A stretch of DNA of 48,589 nt from the IMG/VR virus record IMGVR_UViG_3300023179_000164, positions 1-48,589 of that record; one strand, given 5' to 3'. Under the pieces are notes generated by a model. That model did no database searches. It saw nothing but the letters and a program-made list of their open reading frames with translations, and was not told where the DNA came from. The DNA comes from a virus (lineage: Duplodnaviria; Caudoviricetes). The position numbers and the translations under genes were made by a program. Positions 18,602 through 28,566 of this stretch are shown one piece after another (the first letter of the stretch is position 1; each line of letters opens with the position of its first letter).

Positions 18602-19302
18602 AAAATATCATTGTGTGCGGCGATAGTTATGCAACTCCCGACCGTAATTGCCCAGGAAAACATTTTAGTGAAATTTTAAATAATGAATATGGGTATGATG
18701 TGACTGCACTATCCCGTGGTGGAATGAGCACTGTGGGCATTTGTTTTCAGTTGAAAACTGCATTTGACATGCGTCCTGATGCCATTATATTGTGCACCAC
18801 CTCACCAGACCGAATAGCGTTTGCGGTAAAAGATTTTTTTACAATACCCACACTAAAAGACATCGTATATAGTGACAGCAACAGTGCTACTTGTGGTTCT
18901 CCATATGTGGGAAATGCTGATTCAGCCATTATATCGGACACTAGTTGGTTTTTTACTATTAATAGGAAGTGGGCACCTGAAAAATATAAAAATTTATCTG
19001 CACAGCAGTTGGAAGCGATCAAACATTATTATGCTTATTTGCACAATGATCATTTACAAAAAGAAATCGACAGTTGGATGATAGGGTATTGGGTGAGTAA
19101 GTTCAAAAAAGAAAAAATTCCAGTAATACAATACTGGGACTGTGCAGGTATGTTGGATTCCTGGAAGGAAAATTCTCAGGGAGTTCGACCATTTCTGGCG
19201 CAATTAGGAACTGTAGATTGGCTTTTTCACACTGATTTTCCCACGCAGCGTGAACTGGCTCAGGTAATCAATCAAAAACTAATAACAACCTTGGAAAATT
19301 AA
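18592..19302 (+). CDS. SGNH/GDSL-like hydrolase-fold protein
   Basis: VCGDSY block I, LSRGGMS block II, C-terminal FHT His; AT-rich. Confidence 0.55.
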   Translation: MAIKNIIVCGDSYATPDRNCPGKHFSEILNNEYGYDVTALSRGGMSTVGICFQLKTAFDMRPDAIILCTTSPDRIAFAVKDFFTIPTLKDIVYSDSNSATCGSPYVGNADSAIISDTSWFFTINRKWAPEKYKNLSAQQLEAIKHYYAYLHNDHLQKEIDSWMIGYWVSKFKKEKIPVIQYWDCAGMLDSWKENSQGVRPFLAQLGTVDWLFHTDFPTQRELAQVINQKLITTLEN

Positions 19303-19306
19303 TTTA

Positions 19307-19807
19307 ATGTATATCTTAACCCTAGAAAATCAGGCATTTGAAATGAATGAAATACCAGACGAGGTGGATGACCTGCGTTTTGCTATTTTAGACAACAGTG
19401 ACCCAAAAAATCCCGACTATTTTTTCATCCCTCTGATATTCCTGGAAAGTTTTAATGGACCGGCACTGGTGCTGAACATTGGTGGCAATATCATCCGGAT
19501 GCCAGTGGACTGGCAGTTACTGATTGGTGAACAAGAGTTTGGTGATCTGGAGGTGATACCATTGACGTCCATCAATGATCGAGGATTCAGTGCATTTACA
19601 TTCAACCCTCTGAATAGTTTTAAACCAGAGTTTCATCCGGTGGAGATCGTTGACATCTATCAGGACGTCCGATGGTATTTCCCCAAGCTCAAACCTGGTC
19701 AGATGCTGGCTGTGCCCTTGAATAATGGTCCCAGTCCCTTGTGTGCATACTTTGTCAAAGACATCAGCAGACAGAGCGAAATTGTAAATTATGGTAAGAT
19801 ATGGTAG
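19307..19807 (+). CDS. Conserved phage hypothetical protein
   Basis: 166-aa ORF in the replication operon. Confidence 0.7.
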   Translation: MYILTLENQAFEMNEIPDEVDDLRFAILDNSDPKNPDYFFIPLIFLESFNGPALVLNIGGNIIRMPVDWQLLIGEQEFGDLEVIPLTSINDRGFSAFTFNPLNSFKPEFHPVEIVDIYQDVRWYFPKLKPGQMLAVPLNNGPSPLCAYFVKDISRQSEIVNYGKIW

Positions 19808-20070
19808 GACCGGTACAACACATCAGTGAATACATAGTATATGAATCGCCAGACGGTGGCGAGACTGTCTACGCTCGTCAAGCTGGTGGTACCCAGCGTA
19901 CTCTGTACAGTGTCAGTGACAATGCCCGAGATCGTGTGGAACAACTCAGACAAAATCAACTCTGGCATGACATAAGGCAGGCTGCCCAGACCAACCCAAC
20001 TTTACAAGCGGCGCTGGATCAGTGTATCATGATATATAAATTGAGTGAGACCCATACAGATGGCCTTTAA
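19801..20070 (+). CDS. Conserved phage hypothetical protein
   Basis: VYESPDGGETVYAR motif recalled from T4-like phages. Confidence 0.7.
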   Translation: MVGPVQHISEYIVYESPDGGETVYARQAGGTQRTLYSVSDNARDRVEQLRQNQLWHDIRQAAQTNPTLQAALDQCIMIYKLSETHTDGL

Positions 20071-20296
20071 TCCAGCACAGTTTAACCGGAAGAAAAAGCG
20101 AGCAGCAACTCCAGATGTGCCTCGCCCCAACCTGTTCAGTCATGAAAAAAAGATTAAAGAAACCAATGCCAGCATGATGGATCTGGAATTACAAGTCAGG
20201 AAACAGGACACAGAGATTCATCGTCTGCAGAGTCAGGTCCGAGACATGCAAAGCAGTATCGCCATGCTGTTGGATTTCATAAGGCGCCGACAATGA
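20060..20296 (+). CDS. Small coiled-coil protein
   Basis: Heptad pattern in the C-terminal half; ATGA overlap with the next ORF. Confidence 0.6.
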   Translation: MAFNPAQFNRKKKRAATPDVPRPNLFSHEKKIKETNASMMDLELQVRKQDTEIHRLQSQVRDMQSSIAMLLDFIRRRQ

Positions 20297-20760
20297 GCAA
20301 CACAGATCCTCTGTATATTGGCAATGAAATGGCAGCATTCGATCGCAAAGATCGTGAGTATTATGACAAGTTTACTGATGAAGAACGCAAAAAGTTTTCC
20401 ACTTACCTAATGCTGCGATATGGTGCCAGTGTGGAAGGCAGTGCAGATTTACAGGAATGGTATTTGCGAGCAACCAATGAACGAGTCAACATTAACTTCT
20501 TTGACATTGGCCGTCATCCCAAATTACAGTGGTTGCTTTGTACCAGCGTCAGCCCTGGCATGGGGCGTCAACGGCATTATTGGTTGGGCACCAAAAAGAA
20601 AGAAGGCAACAACAAAGCCAGTAAATTCCTGGCCAAATTGTATCCCAACATGAAATCAGATGAAATAGAATTACTGGCAAAAATTAATGATAAACGAGAT
20701 ATTGACAGCCTGGCACGAAACCTTGGACTCGACGACAAGCAAATCAAATCCGAGCTTTGA
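20293..20760 (+). CDS. Clamp-loader small subunit, T4 gp62-like
   Basis: KFSTYLMLRY.S, N...HPKLQWLL, LAKLYP-type pattern and size fit gp62; replication context. Confidence 0.55.
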   Translation: MSNTDPLYIGNEMAAFDRKDREYYDKFTDEERKKFSTYLMLRYGASVEGSADLQEWYLRATNERVNINFFDIGRHPKLQWLLCTSVSPGMGRQRHYWLGTKKKEGNNKASKFLAKLYPNMKSDEIELLAKINDKRDIDSLARNLGLDDKQIKSEL

Positions 20761-21430
20761 ATGCCGCTACTGTCACAAAGAATTCCGACGAGAAAGCACT
20801 CTGGCTGCACACATTTGCGAAACCAAACGCAGGTGGCAGCAGGAAAAAGAGGTCGGAGTTCAACTGGGATTCAGGGCCTATCTGCGATTTTACGAAGTCA
20901 CACAAGGATCTGCCAAACTCAAGAGTTACGAGGACTTTGTGGCCAGTTCCTACTACACGGCATTTGTAAAATTTGGGCGCCACCTGGTTGCTATTCGAGC
21001 AGTTAATTCCAGCGCATTTATAGACTGGGTTATCCGGGAGAACAAAAAGCTAGATCACTGGTGTAAAGAAAGCATTTATGTGGAATACCTGCACCAATAT
21101 ATGCGTCGCGAAGCAGTCCAGGATGCAGTAGAACGAGCACTCCTGGAGATGCAATCATATGCGGATGAAGTCAAAACACTGGCAAATTTCAATGATTATT
21201 TCAGATATGGCAATGCCAATCGTATCTGCCATCATATCAGCAATGGTCGTGTTAGTCCCTGGATTGTTTTTAACTGTGCAAGTGGCGTGGAGTTTCTGGA
21301 AACACTCAACGAGGAAAATATCTCCATTATTCTGCCCTGGATAGATCCCGACTTCTGGCAGCGCAAGTTTAAAGATTATGTGGCAGACACTGAGTGGACC
21401 AAGATGATTTTGGAGCAGGCAGGTTTATGA
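20687..21430 (+). CDS. Zinc-finger (C2HC/C2H2-like) protein
   Basis: FECRYCHKEFRRESTLAAHIC; start uncertain (74-nt overlap with the upstream gene). Confidence 0.65.
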   Translation: MINEILTAWHETLDSTTSKSNPSFECRYCHKEFRRESTLAAHICETKRRWQQEKEVGVQLGFRAYLRFYEVTQGSAKLKSYEDFVASSYYTAFVKFGRHLVAIRAVNSSAFIDWVIRENKKLDHWCKESIYVEYLHQYMRREAVQDAVERALLEMQSYADEVKTLANFNDYFRYGNANRICHHISNGRVSPWIVFNCASGVEFLETLNEENISIILPWIDPDFWQRKFKDYVADTEWTKMILEQAGL

Positions 21431-22002
21431 AATTCAACTCGGATATTGACATAGACCTTGCCGACAGGCAACAAGTGCTGGCTGTGTTAGATGTGATTCC
21501 TGCCAGCCAACTGCGCGATGGTAAACTTGTCAAACACAACACGGGAGTGTATGCCACACAGATACCAGTGGATCCTTTTTCAGGGTGTGCGAGTCTGGAT
21601 TATCAGATAGCCGAGCAGCGTGGATACATCAAATTGGACTTGTTGAATGTTCACGTTTATCGACAAGTGCGAAGCGAAGAACATCTGATTGAACTGATGC
21701 GGGAACCCGACTGGGCACGACTCTACGATCCTGCAATTTGTCAACAACTGGTGCACATCAACAATCATTATGAAACACTGCTCAAGATGCCCGAGCCTGT
21801 GGACAGTATACCCAGGCTGGCCATGTTTTTGGCTGTGATTCGTCCAGCCAAACGACATCTGATCGGTCGGTCCTGGTCAGAAGTTGCCAAAACCATCTGG
21901 GAAAAACCCATGGATGGGGGGTATTATTTCAAGAAGTCGCACAGTGTGAGTTATGCACAACTGGTGGTGGTAAATCTTAACTTACTTTGCGAACCAGTGT
22001 GA
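21427..22002 (+). CDS. Miniature DNA polymerase III alpha (DnaE)-like protein
   Basis: SDIDIDL, KHNTGVY, GYIKLDLL, LAMFLAVIRP, YYFKKSHSVSYA correspond to DnaE PDIDxD, HAAG, KxDxL, ALxRP, YxFNKSH motifs. Confidence 0.75.
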   Translation: MKFNSDIDIDLADRQQVLAVLDVIPASQLRDGKLVKHNTGVYATQIPVDPFSGCASLDYQIAEQRGYIKLDLLNVHVYRQVRSEEHLIELMREPDWARLYDPAICQQLVHINNHYETLLKMPEPVDSIPRLAMFLAVIRPAKRHLIGRSWSEVAKTIWEKPMDGGYYFKKSHSVSYAQLVVVNLNLLCEPV

Positions 22003-22351
22003 TGGATCTGCGTTTGCTGCGTTTTTGAGCGATTTCTTTAAGACTAATTTGTGGACCGTGTTGTATGACGACATCTTTGCTGTTGAATGTCTTGATGCAA
22101 ATTTTAAATTCGGCCCAGTCGTGTTTTAGAAATACATTGATGGGCACCAGTCGATTGCTTTCCCACCACCACTGATCAGCCAATTCCAGGAACCGGGATT
22201 TTTGCTCCAGAGTTTTTAGTAGTCCGTAGTCGTAGATTGTGGTTATGATCTCATCTGAATTCTGAATAATGCCCAGATATTCATTGCCACCGTAGGTCAG
22301 GTAACTGATGAACGGATATTGATTCAGTAATTTCTTATAAGAGTCGTCCAT
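21977..22351 (-). CDS. Conserved phage hypothetical protein
   Basis: YPFISY...EYLGIIQN...WWWESNRLVPINVFLK; fills the gap between plus-strand genes. Confidence 0.7.
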   Translation of the reverse strand: MDDSYKKLLNQYPFISYLTYGGNEYLGIIQNSDEIITTIYDYGLLKTLEQKSRFLELADQWWWESNRLVPINVFLKHDWAEFKICIKTFNSKDVVIQHGPQISLKEIAQKRSKRRSITLVRKVS

Positions 22352-22363
22352 TGATGGTGTTGG

Positions 22364-22371
22364 TATAAATA
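22364..22371 (+). promoter_or_regulatory. T4-type late promoter
   Basis: TATAAATA. Confidence 0.7.
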
Positions 22372-22387
22372 GTTCTACAGGGCATGA

Positions 22388-22825
22388 TTGATGACCACAA
22401 TTACCAGTTATTTATATGACAATAAAGTCATTGTTCAGATTTTGGATGATGACCCCGAGATAAAAACAAGGAACCGTATTGTGTACAGCAGACCTATCAA
22501 GGTTTATCAGGGCGTAGATAATGTTATTACTCTACAGTTCCGCAATAACGATCAGAAGGCTGCGAATATTGCTGGAAAGTCATTTGCTCTGACACTGACT
22601 GCTGCTCAGGGCGAAGCTGCTGTTTGGACTAGTAATGTTACAATTGGTAACGTGATTACTGCCGTGGGCACAGTGGTATTGGATAAGTCAAGTGTAGACA
22701 ATCTCTCACAAGAGTATTATAATTACACAGTGAGTTATACTGATGGTGACCTTACATTGCCAGCATATGTTGATGACAATTGGGGTGCCGCTGGGCAACT
22801 TCAGGTAATTAAAAACTTGTACTAA
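22388..22825 (+). CDS. Late protein with Ig-like (BppU-N-like) beta sandwich
   Basis: IKVYQGVDNVITLQFRNNDQK..NI.G motif; late promoter upstream. Confidence 0.5.
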   Translation: MMTTITSYLYDNKVIVQILDDDPEIKTRNRIVYSRPIKVYQGVDNVITLQFRNNDQKAANIAGKSFALTLTAAQGEAAVWTSNVTIGNVITAVGTVVLDKSSVDNLSQEYYNYTVSYTDGDLTLPAYVDDNWGAAGQLQVIKNLY

Positions 22826-22834
22826 CTAATTTCA

Positions 22835-23965
22835 ATGAAATTTGGATTACATTTCTTACACCAAAAACCGGCGTCGAACTGCGTCTCTGATTCAGAGATG
22901 TTTGCAAATTCTCTGGCACAGGCCGAGTTTGCAGATAAATTAGGATTTGATTACATATGGACCAACGAACATCATTTTCTTGGTGAGTATGGAAGAAATT
23001 CGGGATCAGAAATATGGCTCGCTGCTGCATCACAGCGAGTGCGTTCTGCAAGATTGGGATTGGGGGTCCAATTAATTTCCCCAACAGTGGTTCATCCCAT
23101 TAAAGCAGCAGGAAAAATTGCTACTTTGGATTGTATTTCCAATGGCAGATTGGACTGGGGCGTGGGCATGGGTGCAAGCAGGTGTGAAATGCTTGCATTT
23201 GGTATTGACCCCATCACCAAAGTTGATGTGTGGAAAACAACAGTCAAGGAAATTGCAAATCTGTTGGCAATGGATACCTATCCTGGAGCGCAAACCAGTT
23301 ATTTTTCAATTGACGCCAATCAAAAATTAGTTCCCAAACCAGTACAACAACCGCACCCACCAATCTGGGCATCGGTGGTCAATCTCAATCAACTAGAAAA
23401 CCTAGGAAAACTTGGCATTGGGGTATTAGCCGCAATTTTAAATACTGATAAGTTTTCAGAAGAGTTGTCTACTTATGTGAAAATTTATAAAGATGCAATC
23501 ACCAGGGCGTCACCAATTGGTCATTCAGTAAACAATAATTTTTCATTGCTCAGTTATCTTAAAATAAGCAATGATTTAGAAATTCTGGATAGATATTACC
23601 ATCGTGATTTTTGTTTCAATGATCAATTGCTCAATATGGTGTTTTCGTCTGATGCCAAGACTGTGGTGGAGGAATTACAATTCTCATATAAAGAAACGAC
23701 TGGTGATCTTGATAAACAGAACATTGACCTATCTGGATTTACCCCAACCCAAATAAAAGATCAACTGGAATGGATGAAATCCAGTCGGGGAACATTATTA
23801 GGTGTGGGCACAGTTCAGATGGTTTTAGAAAATATTAAAAAGGCACAGGATGCAGGGGTGGACCAGATGTTGTTTGTGGCACATTGTGGTCATCAAAGTC
23901 ACGATGAAGTTATGGAAACGCTAGAAATTTTTGGAACCAACATTCTGCCGCATTTTAAAAATTAA
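22835..23965 (+). CDS. LLM-class (luciferase-like) flavin-dependent monooxygenase
   Basis: MKFGL, ADKLGFDYIWTNEHHF, HPIKAA..IATLD.ISNGRLDWGVG.G, PKPVQQPHPPIW. Confidence 0.9.
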   Translation: MKFGLHFLHQKPASNCVSDSEMFANSLAQAEFADKLGFDYIWTNEHHFLGEYGRNSGSEIWLAAASQRVRSARLGLGVQLISPTVVHPIKAAGKIATLDCISNGRLDWGVGMGASRCEMLAFGIDPITKVDVWKTTVKEIANLLAMDTYPGAQTSYFSIDANQKLVPKPVQQPHPPIWASVVNLNQLENLGKLGIGVLAAILNTDKFSEELSTYVKIYKDAITRASPIGHSVNNNFSLLSYLKISNDLEILDRYYHRDFCFNDQLLNMVFSSDAKTVVEELQFSYKETTGDLDKQNIDLSGFTPTQIKDQLEWMKSSRGTLLGVGTVQMVLENIKKAQDAGVDQMLFVAHCGHQSHDEVMETLEIFGTNILPHFKN

Positions 23966-23966
23966 G

Positions 23967-23995
23967 TTGATTTTGTAACTGCCTCGTATTATAAT
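23967..23995 (+). promoter_or_regulatory. Sigma70-type promoter
   Basis: TTGATT-17 bp-TATAAT upstream of the primase. Confidence 0.55.
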
Positions 23996-24048
23996 ATATT
24001 CAAAATCTGTAGTCATTGAGAGCACTACTACTTGGGGAATGAGACTCA

Positions 24049-25089
24049 TTGATTAAAATAGTATCCGAGTTTGTCTTGAACCTTTGGGGAAGGGGGGGTA
24101 AAAGAAAAATTAGCCAGTCTGGGTGGATTTCCGGAAATGCGGTTTGTTGCGCACATAATGGCGAAACACCGGACACTCGTGGCAGGGCTGGTATAACGGT
24201 CAACGCCAGTGGTGGGATCTCCTACCATTGTTTTAACTGTGGCTATAAAACTGGGTATCAACCAGGCAGACATCTTACACTTAAATTTCGTAAACTTCTG
24301 CGCTGGTTGGGCGCAGATGAATCAGAAATTCGGCGCCTGGTGATTGAAGCGGTCAGGGTCAAAGATATTGTTGCTCCTGAAGAAATTAAAATTACAGTTG
24401 AAGAGGTCATCGACTTTCAGGAACGCGCCTTGCCTGACGGAGTAGTGAGTTTTGATCAGTTGCGTACATTTCTTGCACTGACCGATGACGACTACATAAT
24501 TCCTCAGAGTCAGATAATTCAGAACAAAGTTGAGTATGTTCAAGGACGCGGAATAGATACAAAAAAATACGAGTTTTATATTACAGACACTGTTGAACAC
24601 AGTTTACATCAGAGAGTAATTATACCCTGTTATTGGCAGGAAAAACTCATTGGCTGGACTGCGAGATCTGTAGTTGAAGGAGTCAAGCCCAAATATTATA
24701 GTGACATACCCGTGGGGTATGTGTTCAATGTCAATCAGCAGCGTTCAGACTCTAAATTTGTCATAGTCTGTGAAGGGCCATTTGATGCTATGAGTGTGGA
24801 TGGTGTGGCAGTGCTGGGCAGTGAATGTTCTGAACAACAGGCTGAAATTATTGATAGTCTGGCCAGAGAAGTTATTGTTGTCCCTGATCGAGATCAGGCA
24901 GGAACAAAATTAATAAGTAATGCCATTGAGTATGGTTGGTCAGTGAGTTTTCCTGTGTGGCAAGAAACTTGTAAAGACATCAATGAGGCAGTAGTCAAAT
25001 ACGGTCGACTGTTTGTGATTAAAAGTATACTGGGTGCAAAAGAAACCGGTAAATTAAAAATTGAATTGAAAAAAAGGTTATATAATTAA
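24049..25089 (+). CDS. DNA primase (zinc-binding + TOPRIM), gp61-like
   Basis: AVCC...RGRAG...YHCFNC; RVIIP...GWTAR; VCEGPFDAMS; VPDRD; KDINEA; start codon uncertain. Confidence 0.88.
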   Translation: MIKIVSEFVLNLWGRGGKRKISQSGWISGNAVCCAHNGETPDTRGRAGITVNASGGISYHCFNCGYKTGYQPGRHLTLKFRKLLRWLGADESEIRRLVIEAVRVKDIVAPEEIKITVEEVIDFQERALPDGVVSFDQLRTFLALTDDDYIIPQSQIIQNKVEYVQGRGIDTKKYEFYITDTVEHSLHQRVIIPCYWQEKLIGWTARSVVEGVKPKYYSDIPVGYVFNVNQQRSDSKFVIVCEGPFDAMSVDGVAVLGSECSEQQAEIIDSLAREVIVVPDRDQAGTKLISNAIEYGWSVSFPVWQETCKDINEAVVKYGRLFVIKSILGAKETGKLKIELKKRLYN

Positions 25090-25092
25090 ATT

Positions 25093-26208
25093 ATGAACTA
25101 TATTCAACGCTTAGACAATCTGCTTAATGATTACAAGAAAATTTGCTCAATTAATTTTGAATTATTAAATTTAGTTTCCACTGTTCCGGAAATCGAGCAT
25201 AAGGAAAAATATATACATGAGTTTTTGAATGAATGCATAGACAGCAATGTTTTATTGGAAAGTTTTGATAAAAAATTAGTGTTTGTCTACGATGAGACTA
25301 TATCAACAGAAATTTTTATTTCGATACACAATTGGTTTTTAAAGAATTGTTGTGATATAAAAAATATTTTATTCGTGTCCACCCATACTCTGGGATTGGG
25401 TGCATGGTACCAAAAATACTTACAGTTATTTGGTCAAACAGGGTTTGTAGTGGTCGAGGCTCCACTATATACTTTTTGGATGCCGGGTGTAATCGATTCT
25501 TATGAAAATTTAGATAAACCTAATATCAATAAAGAACTAAAATATTATTTTGATTTTTACGGCGGTACATATGGAAGTTTAGACAGGGATTTTTTGGCAT
25601 CGTTATTTTTAACGCATCAAGATATTGGTCATATAGATTATCTGGGTGGGTTTTCAAGTGATACTGAAAAATTCGACGGGTACCTAGAACAGATAACCAA
25701 CTTTTGTGATCGTAACATTTGTGATCAATTGATAGAAAACAGAAAACTTCTTCAATTTGTTTCTGGCAAGAATGTAGACAAAATACAACTTGTAAAAGAT
25801 GTTGCATATAACAGAAATGTACATTCGGTAAGTGCTTGTCAGGTAATTAGAGAAACGATGGATAATCAAAATTTCTCCATTTTGACCGAAAAAACTCTCA
25901 AGGGTTTTTTGAATTTACAAATCATAATTCCGCTAGGGTATCAAGCAGTTAGATATTTAGAAAATTTAGGATTTCTATTTTCTCATGATTTAATCGATTA
26001 TAGTTATCAAGACGAGCCAAATTTTTATAAACGTGCGCGGCTAGTAAGCGAGCAAATTGATAAATTACAACAGCGTTACAGTTTAAAAGATTTGGAACAA
26101 GAAATACCTGATCGAACAGAAGTTTTAACGCATAATTATGAATATATCACTTCCGGTAAATTGTTTGACAAAATCTATTATAATGTACAAAACTTATTAA
26201 ATGACTAA
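25093..26208 (+). CDS. AT-rich protein with GT10/glycosyltransferase-like C-terminal domain
   Basis: VIRET...ILTEKTLKGF...YLENLGF..DLIDYSY.D motif; related to 39805..40941. Confidence 0.5.
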   Translation: MNYIQRLDNLLNDYKKICSINFELLNLVSTVPEIEHKEKYIHEFLNECIDSNVLLESFDKKLVFVYDETISTEIFISIHNWFLKNCCDIKNILFVSTHTLGLGAWYQKYLQLFGQTGFVVVEAPLYTFWMPGVIDSYENLDKPNINKELKYYFDFYGGTYGSLDRDFLASLFLTHQDIGHIDYLGGFSSDTEKFDGYLEQITNFCDRNICDQLIENRKLLQFVSGKNVDKIQLVKDVAYNRNVHSVSACQVIRETMDNQNFSILTEKTLKGFLNLQIIIPLGYQAVRYLENLGFLFSHDLIDYSYQDEPNFYKRARLVSEQIDKLQQRYSLKDLEQEIPDRTEVLTHNYEYITSGKLFDKIYYNVQNLLND

Positions 26209-27589
26209 AGACTACTCGCCAGAATTACAAAAACTGTTTTTGGAAATGATGCTGCAGGATGCGCAGAGCTATGTGCGTGTACAGAACATCTACAATCCAG
26301 AAAACTTTGATCGTAGTCTTAAAGAAGCTGCCAGATTCGTCAAACAGCATGCTCAAGAACACAAGGTGTTGCCCACACTGGCCCAAACCCAGGCTGTGAC
26401 TGGCATTGGTTTCAAACATGTTCCGGACTTAACTGAGGACCATTACAGTTGGTTTTTAACTGAATTTGAAAGTTTTACCAAGCGGCAGGAGTTAGAGCGA
26501 GCAATTCTCAAAGCCGCTGACATGTTGGAAAAGGGCGAATATGATCCAGTTGAGAAACTAATCAAGGATGCAGTGCAGATCAGTTTGACCAAAGACATGG
26601 GCACAGATTATTTTGATGATCCCAGAGCTCGACTCATGGCCATCAAGAGCAACAATGGGCAAGTGTCGACTGGGTGGCCTACCCTGGACAAGCGATTGTT
26701 TGGTGGCATGAATCGCGGCGAGCTTAACATTTTTGCTGGTGGATCAGGCAGTGGCAAGAGTTTGTTCATGCAGAACATTGCCATCAACTGGGCCACTGCT
26801 GGGCTAAATGGCGTTTACCTGAGTCTGGAACTTAGCGAAGGCTTGTGCGCCATGCGTATGGATAGCATGGTGGCCAATGTCAGCACCAAAGAGGTGTTTA
26901 AAGAACTAGACACTGTGGAAATGAAAATTCGAATGGTGGGCAAGAAGAGTGGTGCTCTACGCATCAAATACATGCCCGCACAGAGCAACGTCAATCAGAT
27001 ACGCAGTTATTTGAAAGAACTACAGATACAGACTGGTATGAAGTTGGATTTTATCATGGTAGACTATTTGGATTTGGTCATGCCAGTCAGTGCCAAAGTC
27101 AGCCCCAACGACTTGTTTGTCAAAGACAAGTATGTGTCAGAAGAATTGCGAAACCTAGCTAGAGAACTTAACATTCTTATGATCACAGCCAGTCAGTTGA
27201 ATCGTGGAGCAGTGGAAGAAATTGAATTTGATCACAGCCACATTGCTGGCGGTTTGAGCAAAATTAACACAGCAGATAATGTGTTTGGTATTTTTACATC
27301 ACGTGCCATGCGTGAACGCGGACGTTATCAATTACAGCTGATGAAGACGCGTAGTAGCAGTGGAGTGGGTACCAAGGTGGATTTGGAATACGACCTTGAA
27401 ACTTTGCGTATTACTGACGCCGGTGAAGACGCTCAGGAAAACGGATCCAGACCATCTGGTAGCAATATTTTGAGTCAGATCAAAACTGGTAGCACTCTCA
27501 CTAATCGAGACGAGCCGACAAAAGTTTCTGCCACAGTTGACAGCAGTAAGTTAAAAAGTATGTTGGCTGGACTAAAACGTGCAGATTGA
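26201..27589 (+). CDS. Replicative DNA helicase, DnaB/gp41 family
   Basis: STGWPTLD, AGGSGSGKS, YLSLEL, IMVDYLDL, TASQLNR, MKTRS. Confidence 0.92.
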   Translation: MTKDYSPELQKLFLEMMLQDAQSYVRVQNIYNPENFDRSLKEAARFVKQHAQEHKVLPTLAQTQAVTGIGFKHVPDLTEDHYSWFLTEFESFTKRQELERAILKAADMLEKGEYDPVEKLIKDAVQISLTKDMGTDYFDDPRARLMAIKSNNGQVSTGWPTLDKRLFGGMNRGELNIFAGGSGSGKSLFMQNIAINWATAGLNGVYLSLELSEGLCAMRMDSMVANVSTKEVFKELDTVEMKIRMVGKKSGALRIKYMPAQSNVNQIRSYLKELQIQTGMKLDFIMVDYLDLVMPVSAKVSPNDLFVKDKYVSEELRNLARELNILMITASQLNRGAVEEIEFDHSHIAGGLSKINTADNVFGIFTSRAMRERGRYQLQLMKTRSSSGVGTKVDLEYDLETLRITDAGEDAQENGSRPSGSNILSQIKTGSTLTNRDEPTKVSATVDSSKLKSMLAGLKRAD

Positions 27590-27631
27590 AATTCATTTAC
27601 GATAATAAATAAATTAAATTGGATTGAAATC

Positions 27632-27880
27632 TTGCAAAAACGTACACGTGGCATACTAACAGAACTAGACGAACTATTGATACATCGTGATCGAGAACGA
27701 TTGATCGAGTCTCGAGCCAACAACATCATCAACGGTGCCATCAATTTTATCAATCTGCTCCGAGAGAGTTATGATGCAGAAACTGCAGATGCTCTGGAAC
27801 GCAGATTGCTGAACGCCATACGTGGGCAGGATCCTGCTAAATTTGCCCGAGGCATAAGGAAACTCAAAGATGAAAATTAA
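27632..27880 (+). CDS. Conserved late hypothetical protein
   Basis: Preceded by AATAAATA (27604-27611); TTG start. Confidence 0.65.
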   Translation: MQKRTRGILTELDELLIHRDRERLIESRANNIINGAINFINLLRESYDAETADALERRLLNAIRGQDPAKFARGIRKLKDEN

Positions 27881-28553
27881 AGAAATCCTGTCAGAGGCGG
27901 GGTTCTTGAGTGGGCTTGCTCAGGGATTGGCGCCCAATGTTTCTGCAGCATATCAGAAAGCCAGAGACAACGCTAAAATTGCTCAAGGCCCCGCCAGTCT
28001 TGATGCAGACGGCAACATGAAAATTAACGACCCCAAATTGGCAGCACAGTATGCAAAAGAAGGGCCGTTGGTTCAGACCATGAAACAACGTGCGGTGATG
28101 AAAAATGGCATATCTGTGGATGAAATTGATAAGCTGGTGGCCCAATCGGGAAAATACCCCGATGCAAAACAACGCCAAGCTGCAGTCAACCGATTTGTGG
28201 GCCTTCTACAGCAACAGAATGTCAATGTCACTGATCGCACACTGGGCGGAACTTCCGGAGGCATGACCAAACAACAGTTTACACAGTCTGGCTCCAGCAC
28301 CACACCTGCGCCCACCGCGACCACGCAAACACCGCCTGCAGCATCAGCCACAAATGCCGGGGCATCAATGACTGCCAAAATGTCTGCAGCATCTAGACCA
28401 CAGTCAACCACACCCGCAGCAGCAACTACGTCTGCCACAGCAAACACAGGTATAAAAAGTGCAATTGGTGGTCTGCGCACCAGAGACCTGTTAAGTGTCA
28501 AGAAAAATATTGATGCCATCTTGGCATCACGAACAAAAACCCCCACCACTTGA
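27870..28553 (+). CDS. Putative internal head/virion protein
   Basis: MKIKEILSEAG leader; T/A/P-rich linker; LRTRDLLSVKKNID motif. Confidence 0.55.
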   Translation: MKIKEILSEAGFLSGLAQGLAPNVSAAYQKARDNAKIAQGPASLDADGNMKINDPKLAAQYAKEGPLVQTMKQRAVMKNGISVDEIDKLVAQSGKYPDAKQRQAAVNRFVGLLQQQNVNVTDRTLGGTSGGMTKQQFTQSGSSTTPAPTATTQTPPAASATNAGASMTAKMSAASRPQSTTPAAATTSATANTGIKSAIGGLRTRDLLSVKKNIDAILASRTKTPTT

Positions 28554-28566
28554 TGGATTCCATTGT

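Noticed and set aside
26165-26184. TTGACA...TATAAT promoter before the helicase
   Set aside because: Spacer is only about 8 bp, incompatible with sigma70 geometry
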